DNA of 64,000 bases from contig JBBCAW010000013.1 of the NCBI GenBank assembly GCA_051382295.1, positions 82,610 to 146,609 on the forward strand, read 5' to 3'. The translations under genes and the position numbers were made by a program. The notes below the pieces were generated by a model. The model was given only the letters and a program-made list of their open reading frames with translations, was not told the DNA's origin and did not search any database. Below, piece after piece: positions 20,818 through 31,127 of the stretch; within the stretch, counting starts at the first letter, position 1, and the number at the start of each line of letters is the position of its first letter. This DNA is from Bdellovibrionota bacterium FG-1. GTDB taxonomy: Bacteria; Bdellovibrionota; UBA1018.

Positions 20818-22082
20818 ACTCTCTCCTTCTCCCCCCCAAAACGCGCACAGGCGCTTCGGGAGTTTCGAACCACATCGGCCAACGGACCATCGCAACCGGG
20901 GATCACGTAAACTTGTTGATCGTCATCCAGGCCCAGACGCCAAGCTGCCTTTTGATCCCATTCGAAAATAGCTCGGGGCTTCATCGCTAAAATAGAAAAG
21001 CGATCCCATTTCAAAAACGTATGACATAATTCGGACACCGCGCCAAACGACTCGGCGGATCCCCAGCTTTTTCCACCAGCCGGCGAACTCACTTGATCTA
21101 ACGGCACCAAAGCTCCCGCCCGCAACACGGCCAGGCGATTCAAATGTTGCAGGGTGGGCTGCGGAAAGCCTTCGACCTCAGCCCAAACCGCCATATCCCT
21201 AAAAATACCGATCACACTGGGATCCAACGACTCGCGCGACAAAAGCGACCACTGCTCCCAAAGTCTCACCCCCGTGGGCAAAACTGGCGCGACTTCAGCC
21301 TTCTTTGCTTGTGCCAAAACCCATGGGCTCATTCGCGGGGTCCAAAACACCAGAGCCCCTTCCTTAAGTCGCGCGGTACGAAGGGTTTTTCCAGCATAAA
21401 AGCGCACGCCCCCCGGCATAAGCTCGGTTTGGCTAGCCTGACAAATGACCCCGGCAGGCCCCGCCCGTTCGCGTACAAATTCCAGGAGGCCATTTCGATA
21501 ACGGACCACATCCATGTCCGAAATCTTGGGAATCAATAGTCCGCGACAATTTCCTACGGGCCTGGAAAATCCTGGAAAACGGGTCTCCGCTTGTGCGCCC
21601 TCAAAGATTTGGGGTTTTAACCCAGCATCCGCGGCTTCCACATACAGTTCTTCCAAAAGTTCCCACGGCCAATCACGATCTCGCTCGTTCAAGGTAATCC
21701 AAAGTCGTGAACGACTCCGAACATGGGGGGCTTCAAAATCATGAAACCCCTGTCCCACCCCGCCGCCGGTCCAAAGTTCCACAGCCCCCGGAAAATCGGG
21801 CCGCAGCTCCTCGATCACGCGCTCCGGATCACTCCGCTTTAGACGTCCCGGCATTCGTCTTAAATTAATACTAGCGGCATCCTTATCGGGACTCACCGGC
21901 CACATGGGATCCAGAGGCAACTCGGAGTCTTCTAAAAAAAAATCACGATCCGGATTCAGCAATAAAACGGTCTTCCCCTGGGCCATCAGAAAATTTGCCG
22001 CCACTAAAGGCGCTAAACCGGTCCCGACTAAAGCCACGTCGTAAACCCCGGCTACCGCAGAAAGCGCCCCCGAAGTTGTCAT
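20814..22082 (-). CDS. Divergent FAD-dependent oxidoreductase (DAO-like)
   Basis: N-terminal YDVALVGTGLAPLVAA Rossmann-like motif; coupled to both neighbours. Confidence 0.6.
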   Translation of the reverse strand: MTTSGALSAVAGVYDVALVGTGLAPLVAANFLMAQGKTVLLLNPDRDFFLEDSELPLDPMWPVSPDKDAASINLRRMPGRLKRSDPERVIEELRPDFPGAVELWTGGGVGQGFHDFEAPHVRSRSRLWITLNERDRDWPWELLEELYVEAADAGLKPQIFEGAQAETRFPGFSRPVGNCRGLLIPKISDMDVVRYRNGLLEFVRERAGPAGVICQASQTELMPGGVRFYAGKTLRTARLKEGALVFWTPRMSPWVLAQAKKAEVAPVLPTGVRLWEQWSLLSRESLDPSVIGIFRDMAVWAEVEGFPQPTLQHLNRLAVLRAGALVPLDQVSSPAGGKSWGSAESFGAVSELCHTFLKWDRFSILAMKPRAIFEWDQKAAWRLGLDDDQQVYVIPGCDGPLADVVRNSRSACARFGGEKERV

Positions 22083-23389
22083 ACGTTAAGAAAACCACCC
22101 ATGACACGTCGAAGTGCCGTTTGCACTTGGGCTTTTTTGTATTCGCTATGCGCGCTATGGCCCTTTTCATTTTGGTCAGCGCTTTTCACATCCATGATTT
22201 GCACTTCAAAAGGGTAAAAGAAACGAATTTCCCGCTGCAAATATTTGAGGTCAATTCGATCAATCCGCTTGGCGATTTCTTCTTGCGCGCCTTTTTGTTT
22301 CACGAGGCTTTTAAGCTCTCGAACATCATCGTACAAAGGATTATTAAGCTTAATCAACTGACGGCAAGTAAACTGAATCGCGCGATAAAACTCACTCGAA
22401 TGGGGATTTTCAGAACTTGTCACCGGGGGCAAACAGGCAGTCTCCAGCTCGAGGAGCAATTGCTCCTCGCTGATTTCTCCAGCATCGGCGCGTGCCAAAG
22501 ACTCACCCAATTGGTTTTTAAAATTATCCAAGTCCACTAAGGTGTTGCGCGAGCGACTGGGCTTGATGTTGGGCGGCATCACAATCATTTTATCTCTGAG
22601 ATATTTGACGACCCGCAAGGCCCCGAGACGCGTCACAGAAACAAAACGAAGGCCAACCCGATCAAAAATATCCTCAGCCACATTTTCAGGCTTGTGCAAC
22701 AGCTTCAAAATCGTTGAATCACGAGATTTTTTCGGCTTGGTTTCAAAGGCCACGAGGTCCACCCGCAAAGGATCGTTATCGTTTTCGCCCAAATAAAGCT
22801 GACCACTCTCCGTGCGATGAATGACTCTATAAAAGCGATCAAAGATCTGTTGCTGAAGATCGCCAAAATAAGAGCTACGCAGGTCTTTATCAATATGGGC
22901 GATCGTATGCATCACCTTGAGCAAACTACAGGCCCAATTACGCAATGCAATAGCTTGATCTAAGGCCTCACTCCGCGCTGACAACGGGTGGGTCAGGCTG
23001 GCCATCAAAAATAATTCACGAATATCCGCCATTTCAACCACTTGTCGCGGAATTTCTAATCTCAGACCATGAGGGTTGTCGGGCTGCAAAAAAAATTTAC
23101 GCACGAAATTAAGAGCTTCATGAAAATTACCCATAACCTCAGCCCGTTCAATCGGGTTGTCCAAGTCATAACCATAACTCATGATAAAACGGTTCGCTTC
23201 GTCCAGGCTTTGGATCTGAAAACCTTGCGGCGTATCGATCGTCGACTTACCGCCGATAATCACATCCAGCACGTCCCAGCGAAAATCATATTTGGTCCTA
23301 AAAAGAGATGTCGGAGGAGTCACATCCGAAAGACTAGCCCATTCGGGTTTGCGCCGGCAATGATCATCATTAGATGCAGTGCACCACAT
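22079..23389 (-). CDS. TIGR04552-like protein with RelA/SpoT synthetase-like motifs
   Basis: KPKKSRDSTILKLLHK, IFDRVGLRFV, YRAIQF, FEVQI and HSEYK. Confidence 0.75.
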   Translation of the reverse strand: MWCTASNDDHCRRKPEWASLSDVTPPTSLFRTKYDFRWDVLDVIIGGKSTIDTPQGFQIQSLDEANRFIMSYGYDLDNPIERAEVMGNFHEALNFVRKFFLQPDNPHGLRLEIPRQVVEMADIRELFLMASLTHPLSARSEALDQAIALRNWACSLLKVMHTIAHIDKDLRSSYFGDLQQQIFDRFYRVIHRTESGQLYLGENDNDPLRVDLVAFETKPKKSRDSTILKLLHKPENVAEDIFDRVGLRFVSVTRLGALRVVKYLRDKMIVMPPNIKPSRSRNTLVDLDNFKNQLGESLARADAGEISEEQLLLELETACLPPVTSSENPHSSEFYRAIQFTCRQLIKLNNPLYDDVRELKSLVKQKGAQEEIAKRIDRIDLKYLQREIRFFYPFEVQIMDVKSADQNEKGHSAHSEYKKAQVQTALRRVMGGFLNV

Positions 23390-23427
23390 TCATTTTGTTT
23401 ACACAAAACAATCAATTTGAATGATAC

Positions 23428-24021
23428 ATGAAACTCTCAATGACTCAGCCTCATGCCTCAACCCCCCATCGTTTCCAAACCCCCCGAAGACTCCTCCGCT
23501 GGGAAAAAGTCAGAGGTCCTCGCGCGATTTTGGCGATCGCGACCGGAACTGCTCTCGGAGCCGGACTCGTACCGCTCGCCCCAGGAACAGCAGGCACGCT
23601 CGCCGCTCTTCCGCTCGCGTATTTTACAAACGAGTGGCCCTGGCCTTTACGTATCGCTCTTTGGACCGCCTTGACCGCCGCCGGGACCTGGGCCGCCAAG
23701 GTTTTCGACGAACTCATGGGCACAAGCGACAATCAAAACATCGTGATGGATGAAGTGGTCGGCCTAGGGATCACTGCATGGACCGCTGGCCATGACGTGA
23801 CCTCTCTGCTAGTGGCCTTTGTGTTGTTTCGGTTTTTCGACATCCTCAAACCATTTCCGGTCCGAAATATAGACACCTGGTCCAAAAAGAAGGCATCGGA
23901 AAACACACCCCTTTCACAATGGTATGGCGGTTTTGGAGTCATGGCAGACGACTTGGTCGCAGGCCTCCAGGGGCTCTGCTGTATGCTTTTGCTGCAGTGG
24001 CTCCATATTCTACCTTCATGA
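23428..24021 (+). CDS. pgpA: Phosphatidylglycerophosphatase A
   Basis: APGTAGT, IVMDEVVG, LFRFFDILKPFP and GVMADDLVAG. Confidence 0.93.
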   Translation: MKLSMTQPHASTPHRFQTPRRLLRWEKVRGPRAILAIATGTALGAGLVPLAPGTAGTLAALPLAYFTNEWPWPLRIALWTALTAAGTWAAKVFDELMGTSDNQNIVMDEVVGLGITAWTAGHDVTSLLVAFVLFRFFDILKPFPVRNIDTWSKKKASENTPLSQWYGGFGVMADDLVAGLQGLCCMLLLQWLHILPS

Positions 24022-24204
24022 TTTCAACGTATTAACGCACGGCCCAATTTAGGGTATTTTTCTTTAACTGAATCAACAAATCAAATCGGGGTGCCACTTC
24101 CATTTCATTTCTTTTTCATGGTACGGTCCGTGCTCAACAACCCCTCCAATCAGGCCAGTGGACGCCCGAGATAAAACCCCGAGATGTAATAGGAGATAAT
24201 TTAA

Positions 24205-25386
24205 ATGGATATGGAAGAAAGAAAAAGTACGCTTGAATCCAGTCAAGGCACTGGTCAAAAAAACAAGGCCATCGATTTAGCGGTTCAAGCCATTGAAAAA
24301 CAATTTGGCAAAGGCTCGATTATGCGCCTGGGAAACGAGCAGGGTCTTGCCAATCAAGATGTCCCAGCCGTGCCCACCGGCTCACTGAGCCTCGATATCG
24401 CACTGGGGATCGGCGGATTGCCCCGCGGTCGTATTTGCGAGATCTATGGACCAGAAGCTTCCGGCAAAACGACGCTCACGTTGCACGCCATTGCTGAATG
24501 CCAAAAACAGGGTGGCGTGGCGGCCTTTATTGATGCCGAGCACGCCCTTGACGTCACCTACGCTCGCAAACTCGGAGTGCGCACGGATGATCTGCTCATC
24601 TCGCAACCCGACACCGGTGAACAGGCCCTCGAAATCGCAGATATGCTGGTCCGTTCCGGTGGCATCGACCTGCTTGTGGTCGACTCGGTGGCGGCCCTTG
24701 TTCCTCGCGCTGAAATCGAAGGCGAAATGGGTGACAGTCACATGGGTCTCCAGGCCCGCCTCATGTCACAGGCTTTGCGCAAACTCACGGGCACGATTAG
24801 CCGCAGTAAAACGCTGTTGATCTTCATCAATCAGATCCGAATGAAGATTGGTGTGATGTTCGGTAATCCAGAAACCACCACGGGTGGCAATGCGCTGAAG
24901 TTCTATTCGTCGGTTCGTTTGGACATCCGCCGCATCCAGGCGATTAAAGATGGCGAAAATGTCATTGGCAATCGCACCCGGGTGAAGGTTGTTAAAAACA
25001 AGATGGCACCTCCCTTTAAAGAAGTGGAATTTGACATCATCTATGGCGAAGGTATTTCCAAAGAAGGCGACATGCTGGACTTGGCGGCCAACCTCAACAT
25101 CATAGAAAAATCCGGCACTTGGTACACCTATAAGGATGAACGCATGGGGCAGGGTCGTGAAAACTCACGCAACTACTTGAAGCAACATCCTGAAGCGATG
25201 GAACAGATTCGCAAAGAGGTGATGATCAAAGCCGGAATTATGAAAGCACCTCAAACGGCAGCAACTACTCCTTCTAGTAGTACTGCTCATGCGGGCGCAA
25301 CCGTCGCAGGGGCGGCAACAATCGCGGTTTCGGCAACGGCCAAACCTGCTGCATCGGCTAAGCCAGCAATGGCGAAAAGTAAGTAA
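24205..25386 (+). CDS. recA: Recombinase RecA
   Basis: [29 protein letters not shown] and [16 protein letters not shown]. Confidence 0.99.
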   Translation: MDMEERKSTLESSQGTGQKNKAIDLAVQAIEKQFGKGSIMRLGNEQGLANQDVPAVPTGSLSLDIALGIGGLPRGRICEIYGPEASGKTTLTLHAIAECQKQGGVAAFIDAEHALDVTYARKLGVRTDDLLISQPDTGEQALEIADMLVRSGGIDLLVVDSVAALVPRAEIEGEMGDSHMGLQARLMSQALRKLTGTISRSKTLLIFINQIRMKIGVMFGNPETTTGGNALKFYSSVRLDIRRIQAIKDGENVIGNRTRVKVVKNKMAPPFKEVEFDIIYGEGISKEGDMLDLAANLNIIEKSGTWYTYKDERMGQGRENSRNYLKQHPEAMEQIRKEVMIKAGIMKAPQTAATTPSSSTAHAGATVAGAATIAVSATAKPAASAKPAMAKSK

Positions 25387-25407
25387 GCAAGTCAATTAAA
25401 CGACTCG

Positions 25408-25456
25408 AAAAAGCCCTTGAGAACACGCATGATGCGGGCCTCAGGGGCTTTTTTTT
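25408..25456. terminator. Bidirectional rho-independent terminator after recA
   Basis: AAAAAGCCCTTGAG...CTCAGGGGCTTTTTTTT between convergent genes. Confidence 0.8.
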
Positions 25457-25461
25457 ACCCT

Positions 25462-26484
25462 TTAGTCCCCAATCACCCAACCGCCACCCGGCGTCGGAGT
25501 GACAGTCCAACCAGCCACGCCACCATTCATTCGCCTGAAAAAAACGAGGTGTTGGTTGGCATCCGTCGCGCGAACCACAAAATTCCAAAGACGATCACCC
25601 ATCGTGGCAGAAAGGCCGGTATGGCGACACACAAAGGATTGTTTCCAAGTCTCGCCCGCTTTTAACTCCACTTGCAGGGCCCCAATGCCGTCGAAATCAC
25701 AGGGCATAAATTGATCTGGAGCGGATTCTGAAAAGTAACCCGCTTCGACTCGTACCCTTTGCGACAAAACCGGAACAATCGAGGCTTCGGCCTTGGCGAG
25801 ATGAATTTCGTCTACTTTACCGCGATTCAACATGCGATTTTCAATGAGCTTCAGATTACCATTCAAAGGTTCGCGTCCTGGAAGATAAGCTACACAGCGC
25901 ACTGACCCCGAAAATTGCCGTTTGGTGACATGAAATTTTCCGTCAGCCGCAGTAAACACATAAACCGTGGGATCGGTCGGATTACCATGGGTATCGATCG
26001 TGCCCGCCGTCGGAGTCGACGTTGTCCAAAAACGCAGATCTTCGCTTCCACGCGGAACCACATTTCTAAAACCATCCGCTTCCAAAACAACATAGTCGTC
26101 CTGTTGGCCCAGCGGAAATCCCGTGGGCAAACGCCAGGACAGGTCAGTCAAATACCCACGAGCATCCATCGCTAGGCTGGCCGGCGTAAAGGGATGACTG
26201 GGGTCGTAAGATTTATCCGCACAAAGCTTCTCCGCCTCTGCCTGACTGTAAAAACCACTGACAATATCGCTCACCACGAGACCAGCGGTTTCATCCACCC
26301 AAACTTCTCGCGTGCTCGAAGTCCGAGCCAAGAGTCTAAAGGTTGCATGAGCCGTGTTCACTTCCACGGGTACCTGTCCCAACGCGAAATCGCCGGCCGC
26401 GCTCGCCGAAGGCAAACCCAAATCGAGCATTAAACCCAAGGCCGGTACAAGAGCGAGCGTCCACTTTGCTTTCAAATTCTTCAT
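25462..26484 (-). CDS. Secreted protein with DUF1566/Lcl-like domain
   Basis: Signal peptide; WVDETAGLV, AEKLC, WRLPT, FWTTS and SVRCV pattern. Confidence 0.6.
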   Translation of the reverse strand: MKNLKAKWTLALVPALGLMLDLGLPSASAAGDFALGQVPVEVNTAHATFRLLARTSSTREVWVDETAGLVVSDIVSGFYSQAEAEKLCADKSYDPSHPFTPASLAMDARGYLTDLSWRLPTGFPLGQQDDYVVLEADGFRNVVPRGSEDLRFWTTSTPTAGTIDTHGNPTDPTVYVFTAADGKFHVTKRQFSGSVRCVAYLPGREPLNGNLKLIENRMLNRGKVDEIHLAKAEASIVPVLSQRVRVEAGYFSESAPDQFMPCDFDGIGALQVELKAGETWKQSFVCRHTGLSATMGDRLWNFVVRATDANQHLVFFRRMNGGVAGWTVTPTPGGGWVIGD

Positions 26485-26517
26485 AAAATTGCTACTTTCA
26501 GGATTACTGTCTTCAAA

Positions 26518-27030
26518 TCAAAAAAATGGGTGACAGGCTTGGCAATTACTTGCCTGAGGCTGATGGGTTTTTCGGTCGGTATGACAAGATTCACATCTCA
26601 CACGACGAACGGGTTCATCCAAATTGTGCTGAGCATTGTGACAGTTCGTACAATGAGCGCGATGCTGAGGCACCGAATGTGCGCCGCCCCCATTATCACC
26701 TCTAAAAAAGGCGCCATGGCACCAAAAACAAGCCTTGGGGTTTTGCGAAAACCCAGGGCCTTGCCCCCCATTGGCAGGCTGCGAATCATGGCAATTTTGA
26801 CAAATAGCAGGAGTGAGCTGTTGCTGCGGAGGCGCTACCGGCTTCTCCGTTTGATGGCAAAGAACGCACATTCCTTCGAGATTTCCGATAAAATGTTGCT
26901 GATGATATTTAGGTAATTCAGGAAACGTCCCGGTCTCGTCTCCACCACTAGCCCTTGGCGGAGCCATGCCGCAAAGAAACACAAAACTGACGCAGGCAAA
27001 GAGAACCATTAAACTTCTTTTGTATAGCAT
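26518..27030 (-). CDS. Small periplasmic multiheme c-type cytochrome (6 CxxCH)
   Basis: CVLCH, CQNCH, CFWCH, CTNCH, CESCH and CQACH after a signal peptide. Confidence 0.88.
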   Translation of the reverse strand: MLYKRSLMVLFACVSFVFLCGMAPPRASGGDETGTFPELPKYHQQHFIGNLEGMCVLCHQTEKPVAPPQQQLTPAICQNCHDSQPANGGQGPGFSQNPKACFWCHGAFFRGDNGGGAHSVPQHRAHCTNCHNAQHNLDEPVRRVRCESCHTDRKTHQPQASNCQACHPFF

Positions 27031-27312
27031 CTTAACACCTAATACATTTCATTTACTGTACCAAATTTATCATCTTATACACCGAGGAGCAAAGCTTGTC
27101 TAGACCGGTTTTCTGCAGTGCAACTAGTCGATATACTTAATAAAATAGCAAAAAACGCGGCGAAAACCAGCCATTGATCCCGACTTGGAAAACAAGATGA
27201 AGTGGTGTCGTAGGCGTCTGCAAACAGGTCTCTTCATCTAAAGACCCAACCCAAGCGCGTCCTCAGCCATGAGGGCTCCGGGTTACTCAAACGCTGTACC
27301 CGCGAACCTCCT

Positions 27313-27450
27313 CTAGCTTCGATCTAAGTGACGAGAAACCAAATCAATAAGAAAAACGAGAAGTTTACAGATCACCAAAAAAAATGTAGCTCTAAACTTC
27401 AGCTTTTCATACCGACGCCGAGAAGAATAATGTGGGTTCTTATTCTTCAT
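27313..27450 (-). CDS. Small 45-aa basic/hydrophobic peptide (below the ORF-track cutoff)
   Basis: MKNKNPHYSSRRRYEKLKFRATFFLVICKLLVFLIDLVSRHLDRS; GAGAGGTG SD just upstream. Confidence 0.45.
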   Translation of the reverse strand: MKNKNPHYSSRRRYEKLKFRATFFLVICKLLVFLIDLVSRHLDRS

Positions 27451-27635
27451 AAGGCACCTCTCTTTCTCTTGGGAAGGGAGGTGTTTTCCTTTTCACTCAC
27501 GCCTGAGTTGGGCTGGGCGCTTTCAACGCAAAGTCAGTACCAAAAAAGATGCTAAATATCGGCTGCTTTTAGGCATAGACCGTTCGAATTCCGGACGGTT
27601 TGCGCGAAATGCGACTGATACCAAATAAAATGAAT

Positions 27636-28388
27636 CTACTTTCGATGCACCAACTGCACCGACGCCTGATCCGTCGGAAAAAGGATCATCTCCTGGACAT
27701 TCACGTGTTTCGGCCGCTGCACGCACCAAAGAATGGCCTCAGCGACATCCGTTGCGCTCAAAGGGGTCATGCCGGCATAGACCGACTTAGCCTTTTCAGC
27801 ATCGCCTCCAAAGCGAACCAGACTAAACTCAGTCTCCACCATTCCGGGCGCGATCGAGGTGACGCGCACGCCCGTTCCATTCAAATCCTGGCGCATACCC
27901 TCATTCAGGGCTCGTACGGCAAACTTGGTGGCCGCATAAACCGCCCCCTGAGGATAGGTCCAATATCCGGCCACAGAGCCAAGATTCACCACGTGCCCGA
28001 CGCCTCGCTCAATAAAACCAGGTAAGACCGCCCGCGTCACATAAAGCAGCCCTTTAATATTCGTGTCGATCATGAGTTCCCAGTTCTCGGAATCATCGGT
28101 TTGAATCGGACTTCGTCCACTCGCCAAACCTGCATTATTGACCAAGACATCGATTTTCTTAAGCACTTCCGCATTTACGTCTGCCCACGCCTGAACGGCT
28201 TTTTTTGAACGCACGTCCAACTCAAAACAATGAACTTCGACTCCATTTTTGGCTCGAATCTCCTGCGCAATCGCATCGAGTCGTTTCTTTCGTCGGGCTA
28301 CCAACACCAATGAGAAACCGGCAGCTGCAAAACCCCGTGCGCACGCCTCCCCTATTCCACTCGAAGCCCCCGTAATCAATACCGCCAT
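27636..28388 (-). CDS. SDR oxidoreductase (YdfG-like)
   Basis: TGASSGIG, NNAG, YAATK and PGMVETEF. Confidence 0.93.
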   Translation of the reverse strand: MAVLITGASSGIGEACARGFAAAGFSLVLVARRKKRLDAIAQEIRAKNGVEVHCFELDVRSKKAVQAWADVNAEVLKKIDVLVNNAGLASGRSPIQTDDSENWELMIDTNIKGLLYVTRAVLPGFIERGVGHVVNLGSVAGYWTYPQGAVYAATKFAVRALNEGMRQDLNGTGVRVTSIAPGMVETEFSLVRFGGDAEKAKSVYAGMTPLSATDVAEAILWCVQRPKHVNVQEMILFPTDQASVQLVHRK

Positions 28389-28463
28389 CTTTTTTTCCTC
28401 CGGCTGCTTGCCAGTCACCTTCGCACTGGACAGCAACCAAACTCCAGACATAATCTTCTAAAA

Positions 28464-31127
28464 ATGAAAGCTGCCGAAATCCGTTCCAAATTCCTAAAAT
28501 ACTTTGAAAAAAACGGCCACACGATTGTCGAAAGTTCGTCCCTGGTTCCGCAAAACGACCCGACGCTTCTTTTTACTAACGCCGGAATGGTTCAGTTCAA
28601 AGACGTTTTCTTAGGCAAGGACCCGCGCCCCTACAAACGGGCCACGACCTCGCAAAAATGCGTACGCGCCGGCGGCAAACATAACGACCTCGAAAATGTG
28701 GGCTACACCGCACGCCACCACACTTTTTTTGAGATGCTCGGCAATTTTTCGTTTGGGGACTACTTCAAAAAAGAAGCGATTCACTACGCTTGGGAATTCG
28801 TCACTCAAGAACTCAAACTTCCCAAAGACCGCCTCTATGTCACCGTTTTTGAAAAAGACGACGAAGCCGCCGAGATCTGGCACAAACAGGAAGGCGTTCC
28901 ACAAAATCGGATTTATCGTTTTGGCGAAAAGGATAACTTTTGGGCCATGGGCGATACAGGTCCCTGCGGACCTTGCAGCGAAATTTTTATCGATCGCGGC
29001 GAAAAATACAGCTGCGGTAAACCCACTTGTGCGATGGGCTGTGATTGCGATCGATACATGGAGTTCTGGAATCTCGTGTTCATGCAATACGAACGCGATG
29101 CCAGCGGAAAGCTGACCCCACTCCCCAAGCCCTCCGTCGACACTGGCGCAGGCTTGGAGCGCATTGCCTCCATCCTTCAAGAAGTCGACACTAACTATGA
29201 CACCGATATTTTTCAGCACATCATTAGTGAGACCGCCAAACTGGCCGGAAAACCCTACGATCGCAAAAGTGACACGGCGGCCATTTTCAGAGTAATCGCG
29301 GACCATTCTCGCGCCACTGCATTTCTGATTGCCGATGGGGTCATGCCCTCCAACGAAGGACGTGGCTATGTTCTCCGTCGAATTATGCGCCGGGCGATCC
29401 GCATGGGCCACAAGCTGGGACTCGATAAACCCTTTCTCGACAAGACCGCTGGGTTTGTCATCGAACAGATGAAGGACGCCTACCCCGCACTGGTCGACCA
29501 AAGAGCTTTTATCGAAAAGGTGGTTTTTGCCGAAGAAGAGCAATTTCTTCGAACGCTCGACAAAGGAATCGCGCTCTTTCATGAGTGGCAAAAAGAAAAA
29601 CCCACCGAAAAGACCTTGCCCGGCGAGGTGGCCTTCAAACTTTATGACACCTTTGGTTTTCCGCTGGATCTCACGCGGGTGATGGCCGCGGAACTTGGAA
29701 TTTCGATAGACGAAGCCGGTTTTGAAAAATGCATGGATCGACAACGCGAAATGGCCCGAAAAAACTGGAAAGGTTCAGGCGATGAGACCATCAGTGCGGT
29801 CTATCAACAACTCGCGGCTGAACTTCGCGGTCAAGGAAAGTTACCTCAATTTGTCGGTTACGATACGCAAACGGCGCGTTCCGCTTGTATCGCAATTTTA
29901 CCGAGTGATAATAAATCCCCACACCTCGAGGCGGTTTTTGCTGAAACCCCCTTCTATGGCGAAAGCGGGGGCCAGGTCGGCGACCGCGGACGCGTGACGA
30001 GCGAAACCTTTGAGGGCGAAGTAGTCGATGTGCAACGCCCGGTCCCCGAACTCAGTGTCGTTCATATCAAGCCGACTCGCGGAAAACTGGAGGTCGGTGC
30101 ATCCTATACCCTCACCACCGACGCAGAGTTGCGGGCCCTCATCGCCCGCAACCATACCGCCACCCATCTTTTACACTGGGCCTTGCGCAACGTGCTCGGT
30201 AAACATGTCAAGCAAGCGGGTTCCTTGGTTCAGTCTGATTTATTGCGCTTTGACTTTACCCATTTTCAACCCGTGACTGAGACTGAGCTCAAACAGGTCG
30301 AGGATCAGATTAACGCAAAAATTTGGGGCGCCCATGCCGTACTCAAGAAGGAAATGGGCAAGGAAGAAGCCATCGCCACGGGTGCCATCGCTTTCTTTGG
30401 AGAAAAATACGGCGAAAAAGTCCGAGTCGTACGCGTAGGCGATTTCTCGACCGAGCTTTGCGGCGGCACTCACGTCGATAACTCGGCAGAAATCCATCTT
30501 TTTAAGATCGCCAACGAAAACGGAATCGCGGCAGGCGTCCGTCGAATCATTGCGTATACGTCCAAAGGCGCTTTCGAATACCTTCGCGCACGGGACGAAC
30601 AAGTCAAAGCGCTGCGCGACCAACTCAAAGTCAGCACGACGGACGAAATTCCGAGCCGCATCGAAAAAATGGGACAAAACGAGCGCGAGCTTCGCAGACA
30701 AATTGAAGTTTTTCAGTCCAAGGCTGCGGCAGGCGAGGTCGACGAAATGATCGGTCACGCGCAAACGATTGGTGCGATTCAACTGGTAGCGGCGATTGCC
30801 GCTACGGATGCCGAAGGAATCAAACGACTGCGCGACCTGGCGGATCGAGTGAAGCAAAAACTTCCCGCAGCCGTGATCGTGCTCGGAATGAAAGACGCCA
30901 CGACTGAAAAAGCCTCGCTCCTGATAGCCGTCGGTCCCAAGGCCCCGCCATCGCTGAGTGCTGCTGACCTTTTAAAGGAACTCGCGCCCTTCATCGACGG
31001 TCGCGGGGGCGGTAAGCCAGACATGGCTCAAGCGGGCGGCACCAAGCCAGCAGGACTGACAGATGTCCTCAAAAAAGCGCCCGAGGTCGTCAGCCGACGC
31101 CTGGGAATGGGACAAGCGGGTCAATGA
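28464..31127 (+). CDS. alaS: Alanine--tRNA ligase
   Basis: DPTLLFTNAGM, RHHTFFEMLGNFSFG, NHTATHLL, ELCGGTH and GGGKPDMAQAG. Confidence 0.99.
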   Translation: MKAAEIRSKFLKYFEKNGHTIVESSSLVPQNDPTLLFTNAGMVQFKDVFLGKDPRPYKRATTSQKCVRAGGKHNDLENVGYTARHHTFFEMLGNFSFGDYFKKEAIHYAWEFVTQELKLPKDRLYVTVFEKDDEAAEIWHKQEGVPQNRIYRFGEKDNFWAMGDTGPCGPCSEIFIDRGEKYSCGKPTCAMGCDCDRYMEFWNLVFMQYERDASGKLTPLPKPSVDTGAGLERIASILQEVDTNYDTDIFQHIISETAKLAGKPYDRKSDTAAIFRVIADHSRATAFLIADGVMPSNEGRGYVLRRIMRRAIRMGHKLGLDKPFLDKTAGFVIEQMKDAYPALVDQRAFIEKVVFAEEEQFLRTLDKGIALFHEWQKEKPTEKTLPGEVAFKLYDTFGFPLDLTRVMAAELGISIDEAGFEKCMDRQREMARKNWKGSGDETISAVYQQLAAELRGQGKLPQFVGYDTQTARSACIAILPSDNKSPHLEAVFAETPFYGESGGQVGDRGRVTSETFEGEVVDVQRPVPELSVVHIKPTRGKLEVGASYTLTTDAELRALIARNHTATHLLHWALRNVLGKHVKQAGSLVQSDLLRFDFTHFQPVTETELKQVEDQINAKIWGAHAVLKKEMGKEEAIATGAIAFFGEKYGEKVRVVRVGDFSTELCGGTHVDNSAEIHLFKIANENGIAAGVRRIIAYTSKGAFEYLRARDEQVKALRDQLKVSTTDEIPSRIEKMGQNERELRRQIEVFQSKAAAGEVDEMIGHAQTIGAIQLVAAIAATDAEGIKRLRDLADRVKQKLPAAVIVLGMKDATTEKASLLIAVGPKAPPSLSAADLLKELAPFIDGRGGGKPDMAQAGGTKPAGLTDVLKKAPEVVSRRLGMGQAGQ

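Noticed and set aside
25240..25386. Ala/Thr/Lys-rich RecA C-terminal tail
   Set aside because: RecA tails are highly variable; no intein or extra domain evident.
28611..29744. 377-aa antisense ORF within alaS (and similar shadow ORFs in carB, recG, recA)
   Set aside because: Typical antisense open frames produced by codon bias of conserved genes; no motifs.
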